Made by a program: the position numbers and the translations under genes
Shown: positions 46,599 to 61,589 of the stretch, piece after piece
How positions within the stretch are numbered: the first letter of the stretch is position 1
Layout: the number at the start of each line of letters is the position of its first letter
Origin: Camelus dromedarius
Taxonomy: Eukaryota
DNA: 64,000 bases
NCBI RefSeq assembly: GCF_036321535.1
Contig: NC_087462.1
Coordinates: 10,974,001-11,038,000, forward strand
Direction of reading: 5' to 3'
The notes under the pieces: generated by a model
The model's database searches: none
Told to the model about the DNA's origin: nothing
What the model saw: only the letters and a program-made list of their open reading frames with translations

Positions 46599-49500
46599 TC
46601 AGGCCGAGGAGGGCGGGGGCAGTTCCTCAGGGCTGGAACAAAACATGTGCAGTGTCCATGAGACTGAGGTCAGAGGCCCCGAGGCCTGCTCGGCTAGCCT
46701 GGACTGCACATTGGGGTTGTGCTCCAGTCCCCCAAGACCCCTGGCCTGAGCCTTCAGGGCAGCCTCTGTAAAAATGGGACCAGCCACCCACTTTCAGAGG
46801 TCATGGCTGGTACTCACGTAGGACTGGGGGCTTCAAACTCCCAGGACTTGCAAAGAGAGGTCTTAGCAGGTAAACAGCTACTACTCAGGCTGCCACTAGT
46901 GTCTTTCAGAAGCACGTATTTTCACAACAGCAGGCACAAGGAGGGCTTTTTGGAAGCACTTGGGAAACTGAGTTGAAAGTAAAGGCTATGGTTTTCGAGG
47001 ACCTACTGTGTGTAGGGGTGTGCTGTGCAAAGCGCTTTACATAGTGAACTCCAGTCCTAATGGCTGTCACCAGCCTGGGGCCGAGCAGCCAGAGCCAGTT
47101 GGTTATTTGGTGCAAATGATCCCAGGTGAACCCCTCTTCATGCCACCCTCATGTGCAGGTCACCACACATCCATTCTTACACATTCACAAGGCTTTTTTG
47201 TTTTTGATGATTCTTGTGTCTTGGTTATCACCAATAGCAACACAGAGGGTTTTTTTTTCTTTCTAAATGCCTGGTCGGGGACAGGCATGCCAGAACCCGA
47301 AACTGCAGGGCCAGACACATCTCAAGGCTTACAGCATGTGCATGTATGCACAAATGCATGTTTATTAAGTTACAATGAAAACAAGACCAAAAAGATCTAC
47401 TTCTCCAAAATCTCTCTCCCCAGTCGCAAGAATTATAAATACTTTTCATTTCTAGACCATCTGGTCATCGGCTCAAAGCCTCTTTCAGCTCTGGGCAGCC
47501 TCCTTGCTGCCTTCAAGGCCCCGCCCAACTCCCTTACCTCGCCTCCCCCTTGTGCACCCACTCCAGCCACACCCAGCTCACCAGGCCTAGGGCTTCTGCC
47601 CCTGCCACCACAGTGCCTGGAACACCGACCCTGGGTCACCTCTGCCCACATGTCATTCAAGCCTCTGCTCACACCTCTGTCACTTCCTCAGAGAGACCCC
47701 CGCAGCCCTCTTCCTTTACGCACGTCTGAAATGTTGTCTGTTCCGTGTTTACCTGGTTGCTGTGCGTCTCCCTGTGAGACCATGGGCACACCTGTCTTGG
47801 TCGCTGCCATGTCCCCGGCACCCAGCCCAGGGCCAGGCACCCGGCAGAGCTCAGGAGCTGGGTGCTGAGAGACTGAACTCTCCTGCTACAGACGCCAAAG
47901 GGCGAGAGGAAGTCACGAGACACCGTGAGGCGAAGAAAGGGAGTTGTCTAAGGAGCGAGCAGTGGCAGTTCCTGGCTGAGCAGCGGAGGTCCTGACAGCA
48001 AGGAGGCTGAGAGCAGCAGGGGAGGGTGGTCCCGGGAGCTACCTGTGGCCCTGGGCTGTGGCGTTCATGTGGTCTCGGATGTTGATGGCCTGTTTGAGGA
48101 GACCCTCCACGCTGCGGAAGTAGACGCTGCTGTCGACAAGGTTCTTCACAGCACTGAAATGGGAGGATGGACTCAGTTGGCGCCATGCTGCTTCACCCCA
48201 GAGCCAGAGCTCCATGGACGCCCGCACCGGTGTGTATCAAGCACCTGGGGAGTCCATGGGCTTCCCTCAACGCTCATCGTGGGCCAAAAGTTTAGTTTCC
48301 CTATGTGACAGAGCACTCAATGGCAACACGCAACTTCCACGCTGAGGCTGCTAGACCATCTAAAGCTTTGAAGGAGCCGTAAACGTACAAAGACGACCTA
48401 AAAAAATCTTACTTTCCTCAGGTCACCTATTCCTGCCCCTGAAGGAAGCCTGTCAACTCAACTGTGAAAAGCTCTAAGAGGTGAGTTTAGACTCATCACC
48501 ATTTGAGAGGCGCTACCACAAAGCTGTGCTAAGCTCTGGTGTTGGTACCACACTGATGAATGTCTAATGAAAATGCTCCAGTTGTGGGGAAGAAGGGATA
48601 AACTGGGAGTATGGGACTGGCAGACACAAACTACTATGTACAGAATTGAGAAACAAGGTTCTACTATGCAGCACAGGAAGCTATAGTCAATGGGCTGTAG
48701 TAACCTGTAATGAAAAAGAATATGCAAAAGTATATATATATAACTGAATCACTAGGCTGTACACCAGAAACTAATGTAATATTGTAAATCAACTATACTT
48801 CAATTTAAAAAAAAATTTTTAAAAATGAAAAAAGAAAAAAAAAAAGAAAAGAAAAGAAAAGAAGGAAAGTGCCCCTCTTAACAGCACTACAGGAAAATAT
48901 TCACCAAGCCACTCTGGCCTTGCTAACGTCAGAAAGCTGCCTGTGCAATGATACCTGCAGTAAAAATAAAAGGGTGGTTTTAAAGTCCTTCTATTAAAGA
49001 CAAAGAAATCACTCCCATTTATTACCAGTCAGGGACCTGCTTGAAAATGGCCATGAGATCAAAGAGGGGGGAGCTCGGTTGTCACCTGCTCTGTTGACAA
49101 ACTCATCTGACACCAGCAAACAGGGTCAGCTTTTCTAGTGTCTGTTCACCTTGATAAAAAGCTGTCTAACTTATGTTACCATTGAATAGTAACAGATTCA
49201 TTATTACAGCTCACTATTGAATAGTTCACCCCTACCAATATGCCATTTTAACATCTTTCAGATTATTTTTTAAATTTTAATTTTTTTTTTAAATGGAAGT
49301 ACTGGGGATTGAGCCCAGAACGTTGGTCATGCTAAGTGTGAGCTCTACCACTAAGCTACAACCTCCCTTCACATCTTTCAGTTCTACACCAACCATTAAA
49401 GCATTTCAAACAACTAAAAGGGTGCTTTCATGTCTGTAGAGGAAATACAGTCTTTCAGCATTAGAGAAATTTACATCTCACTAAAGAGAAGTGCTGCGAG

Positions 49501-52500
49501 GACACTGGCCCTCTGCCTGGCCCAGGGCAGTCCAGTGGAACAAATGATGGACAAATCCTTTATCCACTGAAGTTGCTCTAAGCACCTGAAAGGGGGCTAG
49601 TGAGACTGAGGAGCTGAATCTTTCATTTTATTTCATTTTTATGCATTACAATTTAAGTGTGAACAGCCACCTGGGGCCAGGGCTCTTGTACCGGACAATG
49701 AGGCTAGACGAACTGGGACGAAGTACAGACTTCGATCTGTTCTTCCTTGAACGTGGGCCTTTCTGATGAGCCCTTGGCTTTCTGGGAGCTGCCAGAGAAA
49801 CTCCCCTTTCTTTTCTCTCTTTCTTGAGCTATAAGGTAGGTGTCTGCGACCACCACCCTCAGGAAGATGTCATCTGTCTGGGTCACCTTCCCATCCCAGT
49901 GGAGAGGCCAAGGCTGCTGATGGTAGAACTCAGCTCAGTGCCCCCAGAAGCAGGACTTCCTGTCAAGGGACCTTCGACCACACAACAAACAGGCAAGCAA
50001 ACCCCACAGCACCACACACAAGAACTGCTAGGGAGTGTCCAGTCTCCACCAAAACAATCCACAGCCTGTACCGGGGCCAACAACACTTCTAAGTAAAGTC
50101 ACCAAACTCCCAAAGCAAACAGAATGAGCCAGAGCATGAAATACAATCATGGGGAACCAACAGAATCACAGGAGGCGAAGCCGGCAAAGCTGCTCTGATG
50201 GAGAGAAATACCAACTACTGCTTTTTATTCTCAGGCACAACTTTCACTTGGGGTTAAGAAAAAATATCTGAATATCTAGAGAAAGTTAAATCAGCAAAAA
50301 TAANNNNNNNNNNNNNNNNNNNNNNNNNNNNNNNNNNNNNNNNNNNNNNNNNNNNNNNNNNNNNNNNNNNNNNNNNNNNNNNNNNNNNNNNNNNNNNNNN
50401 NNNNNNNNNNNNNNNNNNNNNNNNNNNNNNNNNNNNNNNNNNNNNNNNNNNNNNNNNNNNNNNNNNNNNNNNNNNNNNNNNNNNNNNNNNNNNNNNNNNN
50501 NNNNNNNNNNNNNNNNNNNNNNNNNNNNNNNNNGATTCCACTTATGTGAGGTGCCTAGAATTATCAGATTCTTAGACAGAAAGCAGAATGGAGGGTGCCA
50601 NNNNNNNNNNNNNNNNNNNNNNNNNNNNNNNNNNNNNNNNNNNNNNNNNNNNNNNNNNNNNNNNNNNNNNNNNNNNNNNNNNNNNNNNNNNNNNNNNNNN
50701 NNNNNNNNNNNNNNNNNNNNNNNNNNNNNNNNNNNNNNNNNNNNNNNNNNNNNNNNNNNNNNNNNNTTTATGCTATGTGCATCTTACCAAAACACAAGAA
50801 ATTGGAAAGAAATAAAAATTTAAAAATAAACAGTCATATTCGGGTTTTGGCCCGACCAGCTGCCATCCACGCCCCTGGCCAGTCTGTGGTCTTCACTGTC
50901 AGTGGGAAACGCTGGCCCCTCGAGGCACCGGCTTCCTGCCCAGGTGGCATCTCCCGGAATCCTTATCACCTCCCCCTCCTATGACAGATGGGGAAGGACT
51001 GAGTGCCAGAAAGAAGCCTGCCCCAGGCACATGGGGGTCAAACGGTGAGAAGCTCAAGTCTGGGCTGGAACCTGCCCTGTGGCCAAGTGAGTCCAGATCC
51101 ATATGCCTCTACTCAGATGGGTTCGGCAGGGGAGGCTGACAGGGCAGTGGGCTGAGATGCCCCTGCAGGCGCAGGAGGTGACCCCAGGGCATAACAGGGC
51201 AACCCTGGCAGTGGGGAGGCTGTGGGGCTCACCTGCAGGCATACTCCACTGTGTAGATGGCTCCCTGGCTCTGCTCCTCCCACCGCTGCATGTCAGCCTG
51301 TTGGGGTGAGGGGGCTGTTAGCAGGGGTGGCTGCTACTTCCATCCTCCCAGCTCTCTGGGAGGGCACATCTGATCACCAGTCACCATGGCTATAGAGACC
51401 GGTCCCCTCCAGCCCCTGATCTTTCCTCCTCAAACTCCCATCCCTTACCAGTCTGGGCTTTCCAGGAACACATGGCAACTATGCCTCAGGGCCTTCACAC
51501 AGGCTATTTCCTTTTCCTGGCACATCCTCCCCTTGGGTCCTCATATGGCTGCCTCCTCCTCACCACACAGGTCACAACTGATGCAGACCCTGCTGTTCTC
51601 TTCTTCCAAATCTGCCCCAGCTCTTTCCACCCAGCTCCAACCTGGGTCAGTGACCATGTTCCCTGACACTGGTGTCCCAGCCTTGACTGCTAAACCAACA
51701 GCCCCTGCTCCACACAGCAGGCCCCAGGCCACAAGGTGCAGACCTTGGGAGACATTGGGAGTAGGGCTCACCTTATGCTGGGCCAGCTCAGGCAGAGAGC
51801 GTCGCACGTGCTCCTGCAGCCGGTACAGGGCCACGGATGGCTCGTTGGCCAGGACATAGACGCTCTCAGTGAATTTGTCTGTGACTGGGTCCAGGATCGA
51901 CAGTTGGCAAAATGGGGGGTGGGGGGTGGGGGAGAAAAAGAGGGACAAGGAGACAAAACATCAGACTCCTGATTGCTCATGAGTCCAGCTAGAGTAGAGA
52001 AGAGTCCAGTGTCCCTCCCAGCAGCTGGGTCACCTGTGGCCCAGGTGATGCGTTGTGGGAGTTGGTCACAGCAGGGCCTCAGTCTTGAGGACATCAACCT
52101 GTCCAGTGAACTCATGATCTTTCCCTTCCCAAACCCACTTGTAGTGGACACTGCTGCCACCCACTTGTATCCATTCACATTCCCTTTACCCCAGTGACAA
52201 AATTCCAAGATTCTTCTTCAGAGGATGCCCACTGGCTACTGGACCCAAAAGTGACAGAAAGTTGACACCCATGGATGGCTCTCAGCCATGACTAACCACC
52301 GAGGGGTATGAAAACCCATGTCCCGTCCTGTGTGCTGGAACATCTCAGAGGCACAACTCATACCTGTGAGCACCCCTGAGGGAACAGGCTGAGGCCTCCC
52401 TCTGTGCGATTTACCTGAGGTCATTCCTTGCTTAGCCTCTTCCCTGGCCCTGTTTTGTCTCCCCTTCTCCTCTGTGGGGTTCTCTTGGTAAGTTAATCGC

Positions 52501-54632
52501 ACACAAATCCTCATCCCAGGGTCTGCTTCAACAAACAGCAGCTAGCTGGTTGTCCCCGCCCATCCTACCCCACCAATAAGCAGATCCTGCTGTCTGAGTC
52601 ACAAAACAAAGCCCCAAACTCACTCATTCTTACCACTGCTCTGACCCCACTGATCTAGGTGTAGCCTGTCCCACTGAGATGGCAAACTCAGCTCCTCCCT
52701 GGTCTCCCTGCTTCCCCACCTGTCAACAATCCAATCCTCACGAAACAGATGGAATGAGCTCCTAATAAACATATTAGATATGTCTCTCCTCTGCTTGAAA
52801 CACTCCCATGACTCCCAGCAGCCTGAGAATTAAATCTGCCTTCCTTAACATGGCCCAGAAGGCCCTATATGTCTTGCCTGCTGTTGCCCACCTCTGCCCC
52901 AGGCACAATGACCTCCTGCTTGTTCCTTACACTCTCAGCAGTGTCCAAGAACTTTCTGAGATGATGGGAAGGTTCTATAATCTTTACTGTCCAATATGGT
53001 AGCCATATATGGCTACTGAGCACTTGAAATGTGCTCACTGGGTCACTGACGTGACTCAGAATCCGAATTTTAAATTCTACCTAATTTAAATTAACATAAA
53101 TATGCATAAGCACAGTGACCAGTAGCCAGTGTATTGTGGCACAGTTCTGAACACTCTGCCACCTCAGGACCTTTATACCTGTTGTTCCCACCACTGACAT
53201 TGCCCCCACCAACCCCTCGTTTCTCCTCACCCCTCATGTCTCAGCTCAAATGTCACCTCCTGGGTAAAGTCTTCCCTAATTACCAAGCTTAATCAATCAG
53301 ATGTCCCTTCAACTTCATTCTCAACCTCAGCACTTTGTTCATTTCCCTTATACTTAAATTCTCATTCTTTGTTAGGTTACATGTTTACCTAAAACTTCAT
53401 TTGTGAGGGCAGGGGCTTTGCTGAGCCTCAGTTTCCTCATCTGTAAATATGGAATGATAACTGTACCCACCTCAAGGTCTGCTACAGAGATGGACCCACA
53501 CTACTGCCCAGGGCATTGTGGTTGGTGAGGGAAAGAACCCACATGTGTCTGGGAGTCAAGAGAGGCTGTGCATGAGTCTGCCCAGTTTAGATGTGTCCAG
53601 TGTACCACTGTGCCCTGAGTTGGGCAGAGCCCAGCCTGTCACCTCCAAACTCTGTCCTCTTACTCTCTTAGGCCTCCTCATTTTGAAAGTGAGTGTAGTA
53701 CTAATAGCTTACATTTCACAGTGTCATTATGGAGAATGTGGAGTTAAATGTACTTGTGACTTTTTTTGGAAATAATAATAATAGCTATTATTATGATTGT
53801 TGTTGTTGTTGTTATTATATTATTATTAAGGAATCCACTTCTATGATTGTCATGAAGCCCAAGCTGGGTTAACAGTGACAAGCTCTGGAGGTAACTATAA
53901 CCCACTCTGGACGTTCTGGTTATAACCACTGTCTCCTCTATCTCAACTGAAAACCCATACACATGAAGCCTCAATCTCGAACTTCTCTTCCTGGAAGATG
54001 CCAAAGCCAACTATGTGAGAGGTTTTATCAGTGGAGAAGACGACTATGTCTTCCCAGAAGACAAATCCTCTACTTTGCTTTATGAGGCAGATAGCAACCC
54101 CAAACCACCAACAGGTTGGGACCTGCGCAGGCCTCAATTAAATGTACTTGTGACTTCTAAATAATTAACTAGTAAAAACGTATATAATACAGTAACAAAA
54201 ACATTTATACTTTAAAAATAGCTTGTGGCATTTTGTAACTTGTAACTCGGTCATATTGGATAAGTCAACGTAAACACACAAATGCGTAAATACAAGGGAA
54301 ACCAAACACATAGCAATTGCCACACCCCAAACGTTTTTCCAATGCTTTACAAATATCAGGTAACTGAATTCTCACAATTTTGTGGGGAGAAGGAGGGAGA
54401 CTATTATACTCCCCATTCTACAGATGACAAAATCGAGGCACAGAGATTTTCTAAAGGTTTCAAAACTAGTCAGCGGCCGAGTCAGGATTCCGCAGCAGCT
54501 CAACCACTGCCCCCTGAACGCTCTCCCTCCGTGCCTTGGCTCCTTCCTGCCCCGAGTCAGGTCGCCCTTCCGCCCCGCTCGGCACCCCGCACCACCTTTT
54601 TTCCCCTTGAGCTGCATCTCAGGTTCCTCCAT
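46599..54632 (-). CDS. BORCS8: BLOC-1 related complex subunit 8 (MEF2BNB), 119 aa. Coding exons: 54596-54632, 51772-51884, 51233-51297, 48043-48153, 46599-46632
   Basis: 360 nt joined frame MEEPEMQLKGKKVTDKFTESVYVLANEPSVALYRLQEHVRRSLPELAQHKADMQRWEEQSQGAIYTVEYACSAVKNLVDSSVYFRSVEGLLKQAINIRDHMNATAQGHSPEELPPPSSA*; GT-AG junctions. Confidence 0.97.
48585..48865 (+). mobile_element. L1 3' end with poly-A/(GAAAA)n tail
   Basis: gggataaactgggagtatggg...gctgtacaccagaaactaatgtaatattgtaaatcaactatacttcaatttaaaaaaa. Confidence 0.85.
49265..49368 (-). mobile_element. Camelid SINE
   Basis: tttttaaatggaagtactggggattgagcccag...ctctaccactaagctacaacctccc. Confidence 0.8.
50304..50533. other. Assembly gap
   Basis: Run of N. 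Confidence 1.
50601..50766. other. Assembly gap
   Basis: Run of N. Confidence 1.
52939..53143 (+). mobile_element. MER3 (hAT-Charlie) non-autonomous DNA transposon
   Basis: cagtgtccaagaactttctgagatgatgg...ctgtccaatatggtagcca...gagcacttgaaatgtg matches the MER3 consensus as I recall it. Confidence 0.8.
53420..53500. mobile_element. MIR fragment
   Basis: ctgagcctcagtttcctcatctgtaaatatggaatgataactgtacccacctc. Confidence 0.7.
53763..54137 (-). mobile_element. Unidentified retroposed insertion with perfect 19-bp TSD
   Basis: ttaaatgtacttgtgactt at 53744-53762 and 54138-54156; A/(AAT)n/(AAC)n tail on the - strand. Confidence 0.8.
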
Positions 54633-55500
54633 CGCGGCCACGGCCTTGTTCCGACGACCAGGACCGGAAGTCAGGAGGTGGGGACAACTGCCTAAATCTT
54701 CCCTGCGAAACTGGATTCCGCACCTCTCCAGTTCCTGTGCTAATTGGCCCGCCTTCCCAGATCCTTCGTCTACCCAGACAGAAGAGGGTCCGTGAGTGAG
54801 AGACTGGGGAAAGAGGCACTTGGGAAGTGGGTAAAGAGAGGACAGCGACCCCTTGAAGTTCCAGGAGGGACACTCAGGAGGGGGACGGGAAAGGGCGCCC
54901 TCTCTTAACGAACACCTTTTTCGGGGGCAGACGAATTGGGGGAACACTCCACATATTGCCCACTTTAGGCCGTATAAACTCCCTTCTTGTACCCCTCCAG
55001 CTGCCATCAAATCCCTGCACATGCTCCTGAGCCTCCAGGATCGCAGAGGGCACATTGTTATGGACAGGGGCGGCAGTGGTGTCGCCCCTTTAAGTCCCAG
55101 ACGCCCCACCTAATTCCCTCCCGCCATCCTACTGGAGAAAGCCCGACCCGTGTTTCCGAAGGTGGAGCCGAGTGGCTCTGCCTGAAAAAAAATCTGTGGG
55201 CCGAATTGGAGGTAAGGGAGGACAAGCGCAGTGAACTCTAGTGAGCTCTCTGAGGCCCCGCCCATCCCCCCGAACCTACTGGGCTCCCGCCGGAGCCACT
55301 AGGACAAGAACGCGCAGGCGCAATTGCATTTCTATTGCCCCCAGCGGAAGCCACGCCCCTCCCCCGAGCCTTAAAGGGCCAGAAGCAGCACCTACTGCTC
55401 CGGCCCTTCCGCACTTTTGTGGGGCTGGGTGCGCAGGCGCAGTGGGGGAACTCTGGAGTGGGGGTAGCGGTCGCGTATCAAGTTGCTCTCTGTCCGGGCA
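54480..55500. promoter_or_regulatory. Bidirectional CpG-rich promoter of BORCS8 (-) and RFXANK (+)
   Basis: BORCS8 ATG at 54632 and RFXANK exon 1 donor at 54791 are about 160 nt apart. ETS/GABP CCGGAAGT at 54664-54671; two NRF1 motifs (55311-55322, 55430-55441). Confidence 0.85.
54680..54791 (+). other. RFXANK: RFXANK non-coding exon 1 (start approximate)
   Basis: Donor GGGTCC|gtgagt at 54791/54792; no ATG. Confidence 0.6.
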
Positions 55501-55501
55501 G

Positions 55502-55641
55502 AAGAAGCCAGGGTGCAGAGGGTCCAGGCTCCATTTTGCTCCCCCCTACATCAGTTGGAATAGAAAAGTTTGTGAATTGGGCCCCCAAGTTTGGGGGGAC
55601 CCGGGATTGCGGCGTGGGGTGACAAAGGAGGCTCGTTAGAG
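55502..55641 (+). other. RFXANK: RFXANK non-coding exon 2
   Basis: Acceptor ctctctgtccgggcag|, donor TTAGAG|gtgagt; no ATG. Confidence 0.6.
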
Positions 55642-56031
55642 GTGAGTGGACCTCCTCGATCGGTTTGGGAGGGGCGGATGGGATGCAACCAATCACATCT
55701 TTGTTGAGCCCTCACTCATTAACAGGGATTTCGACCCTCTCCCAAAAAAAACCCCACACCGAACATTTACTAAGTTCTGTCCGTGTATCAGGCCTCCTGC
55801 AGACATGATGTTTACAGACATGATTTTTTAGGCCTTATTTCTCTATCTTATTAATGAAGAAACTGAGGCTGAGAGAAATTGTCATGTGCCCGAGTTTTCA
55901 CAGCTATAAAAGTGGAAGGATTCAACCCAGATGGCTGACCACAGAGCCAAGGCTTTTAAAGCAGTACATATTGTATATGTTCTGATGGTGCTCTGGGGAG
56001 GAGTGGGTCTGAGAAGCAGTTGGACTCTGTT

Positions 56032-56150
56032 GGGTTTTTTTTGGGGGGGGGTGATTAGGTTAATTAACTTTTTAATGGAGGTACTGGGGATTGAACCCAG
56101 GACCTTGTGCATGCTAGGCATACACTCTACCACCAATCTATGTCCTTCCC
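56032..56150 (-). mobile_element. Camelid SINE
   Basis: gtgattaggttaatt...ttaatggaggtactggggattgaacccaggaccttgtgcatgctaggcatacactctacc. Confidence 0.85.
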
Positions 56151-56294
56151 AGTTGGACTCTGGTTTTAATTTGCTTCTGAGTCCAAATTTACCCACACTC
56201 ACTGTGCAAGGCCAAAGTATGCAGTCAGTGCCTAATTAACGAGCTGATAATTATTGCTATCTCACCCTGTTTGGCCCTTACACCAGCTTCCCCC

Positions 56295-60232
<3,938 letters not shown>

Positions 60233-60360
60233 ACACCGTCTGCCGGGTACTCAGACACTCAGGGAACAAAATGGTCAGCCCAGAGCTGGGGGAACCCAGA
60301 CCTGGCTTCAGAGGCAGCTCCTGGACAGACGGTGGGAGAGGACCCTTTCTGAGAGGAAAC

Positions 60361-60366
60361 AATAAA
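60361..60366 (+). terminator. RFXANK: RFXANK polyA signal
   Basis: AATAAA about 130 nt after TGA. Confidence 0.8.
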
Positions 60367-60437
60367 CCTTCTGTGCAGAACTTGAAGAGCTTTGCTGTGC
60401 TTCCCGGAGGGCTTCCTGGAGGAAGCAGCCACAGGCC

Positions 60438-61586
60438 TCACACCTTTTTTTCTCCTAGTACTCGCAGGTGGTAGATGACTACTCGGCCGAAGAAATCAGT
60501 GGTGTTCTCAAATGTCACTTTCAGCCGGTCCACCTCAGCAGCTGGCACAGGGAAGGTGTAAGCAGAGCAGTCAAGGGAAACAGGTGCCTCACTATTTCCC
60601 ACCTACCAGCCCCAGCTCAGATACCCCAACATGCTGGGCAACCTGGCACGCTATGGGCCACTCTGAAGCTCTCACTCAGAACAGATTATTATGAGCCCAT
60701 TCTACAGATGAAGCAGTGGAGACCTAAAGGCATCTCGCTCCAGGTCACACACCAGGTCCCACAGCTTTCAGAGGCACAGACCACCCCACCCAGAGGCTGG
60801 AGCAGGATATCTGAAGCGAGTTGTTGTCCGCAGGGTAAAAGTCCACAATCTTTCCAAAGGCCTCACTCCCCTGGGAACCTGCAGGGTAGAAAGGAGCAGA
60901 CTGTGAGGTCGGTGTGCCCCCTCCAATCCCCCACCTTCTAGGACCTTCTGGTACCTTCCAGGCGGCCCTGGTGACAGGAGAAGCCCCCTTGGAACTGGAT
61001 CTGCAGCTGGGAGACACAGATGCGCTGGGGAAACTCCAGTATCACCCACTGGGAGGGGCCCTGGAAGCAGATTGAAACAGAGGCCCATGGTCACTCTGGG
61101 CTCAGAGCCCTGCTATGCACGTCTCTCATTCACACAGTCTGTGGTGGGTGAGGGGGTACACAGGTTCCTTCCCTGGCCAATCTGACTGCCCATCTGGGGT
61201 GCCCTGAAATTCTAGGACCCTTGATTCTAACTCACACTTGGGGTGGAGGGTCCGGAGAGAAGGTGCCTCACCTGGTCTGAGTTCCAGCATGTCTCCTCGT
61301 CCTGGTCGAACAGGTGCTTCTTTCCAAACTGCCTAGTGTTACGATTCAGCACCGAACTCACCCTGGAAGCAATCAGAATCAGGGCGTGGAGAGGTGTTGA
61401 GCCCAGCGGCGAGGACCCACCTGCTATCCGGCCCACCCCTTCCTCACCACCGGTTCCCCCATTTCTGTCCACCCGGGTCTAACCGCAGGCCAAGAGCCTC
61501 GCCCACCATTGGCCGCCTCCGTTCACCTAACCCCACCTGGGCTCTCACCTGCTTACTGTCTCTGGACAAACCAAAGAGTGGGTCAT
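60438..61586 (-). CDS. NR2C2AP: Nuclear receptor 2C2-associated protein (TRA16), 140 aa. Exons: 61549-61586, 61272-61362, 60955-61060, 60811-60878, 60438-60557
   Basis: 423 nt joined frame MTHSLVCPETVSRVSSVLNRNTRQFGKKHLFDQDEETCWNSDQGPSQWVILEFPQ...DFYPADNNSLQ|TFPVPAAEVDRLKVTFENTTDFFGRVVIYHLRVLGEKKV*. The last junction works only as an AT-AC intron. Confidence 0.96.
60558..60810 (-). other. NR2C2AP: U12-type AT-AC intron 4 of NR2C2AP (253 nt)
   Basis: Begins ATATCCTGCT and ends TTTCCCTTGACTGCTCTGCTTAC|; removal restores the frame SLQ|TFP. Confidence 0.93.
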
Positions 61587-61589
61587 CTC

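Noticed and set aside
47008-47868. 286-aa + strand ORF in BORCS8 intron 4
   Set aside because: Non-ATG start, low-complexity composition, no splice or domain support.
53891-53902. GTAACTATAAC resembling the large-subunit rRNA/I-CeuI site
   Set aside because: Only 11 nt match and the flanks are unrelated to rRNA.
54372-55109. 245-aa - strand ORF containing the BORCS8 start
   Set aside because: Chance open frame across a CpG island; only 54596-54632 is supported by splicing. An upstream in-frame start would need a TSS inside RFXANK.
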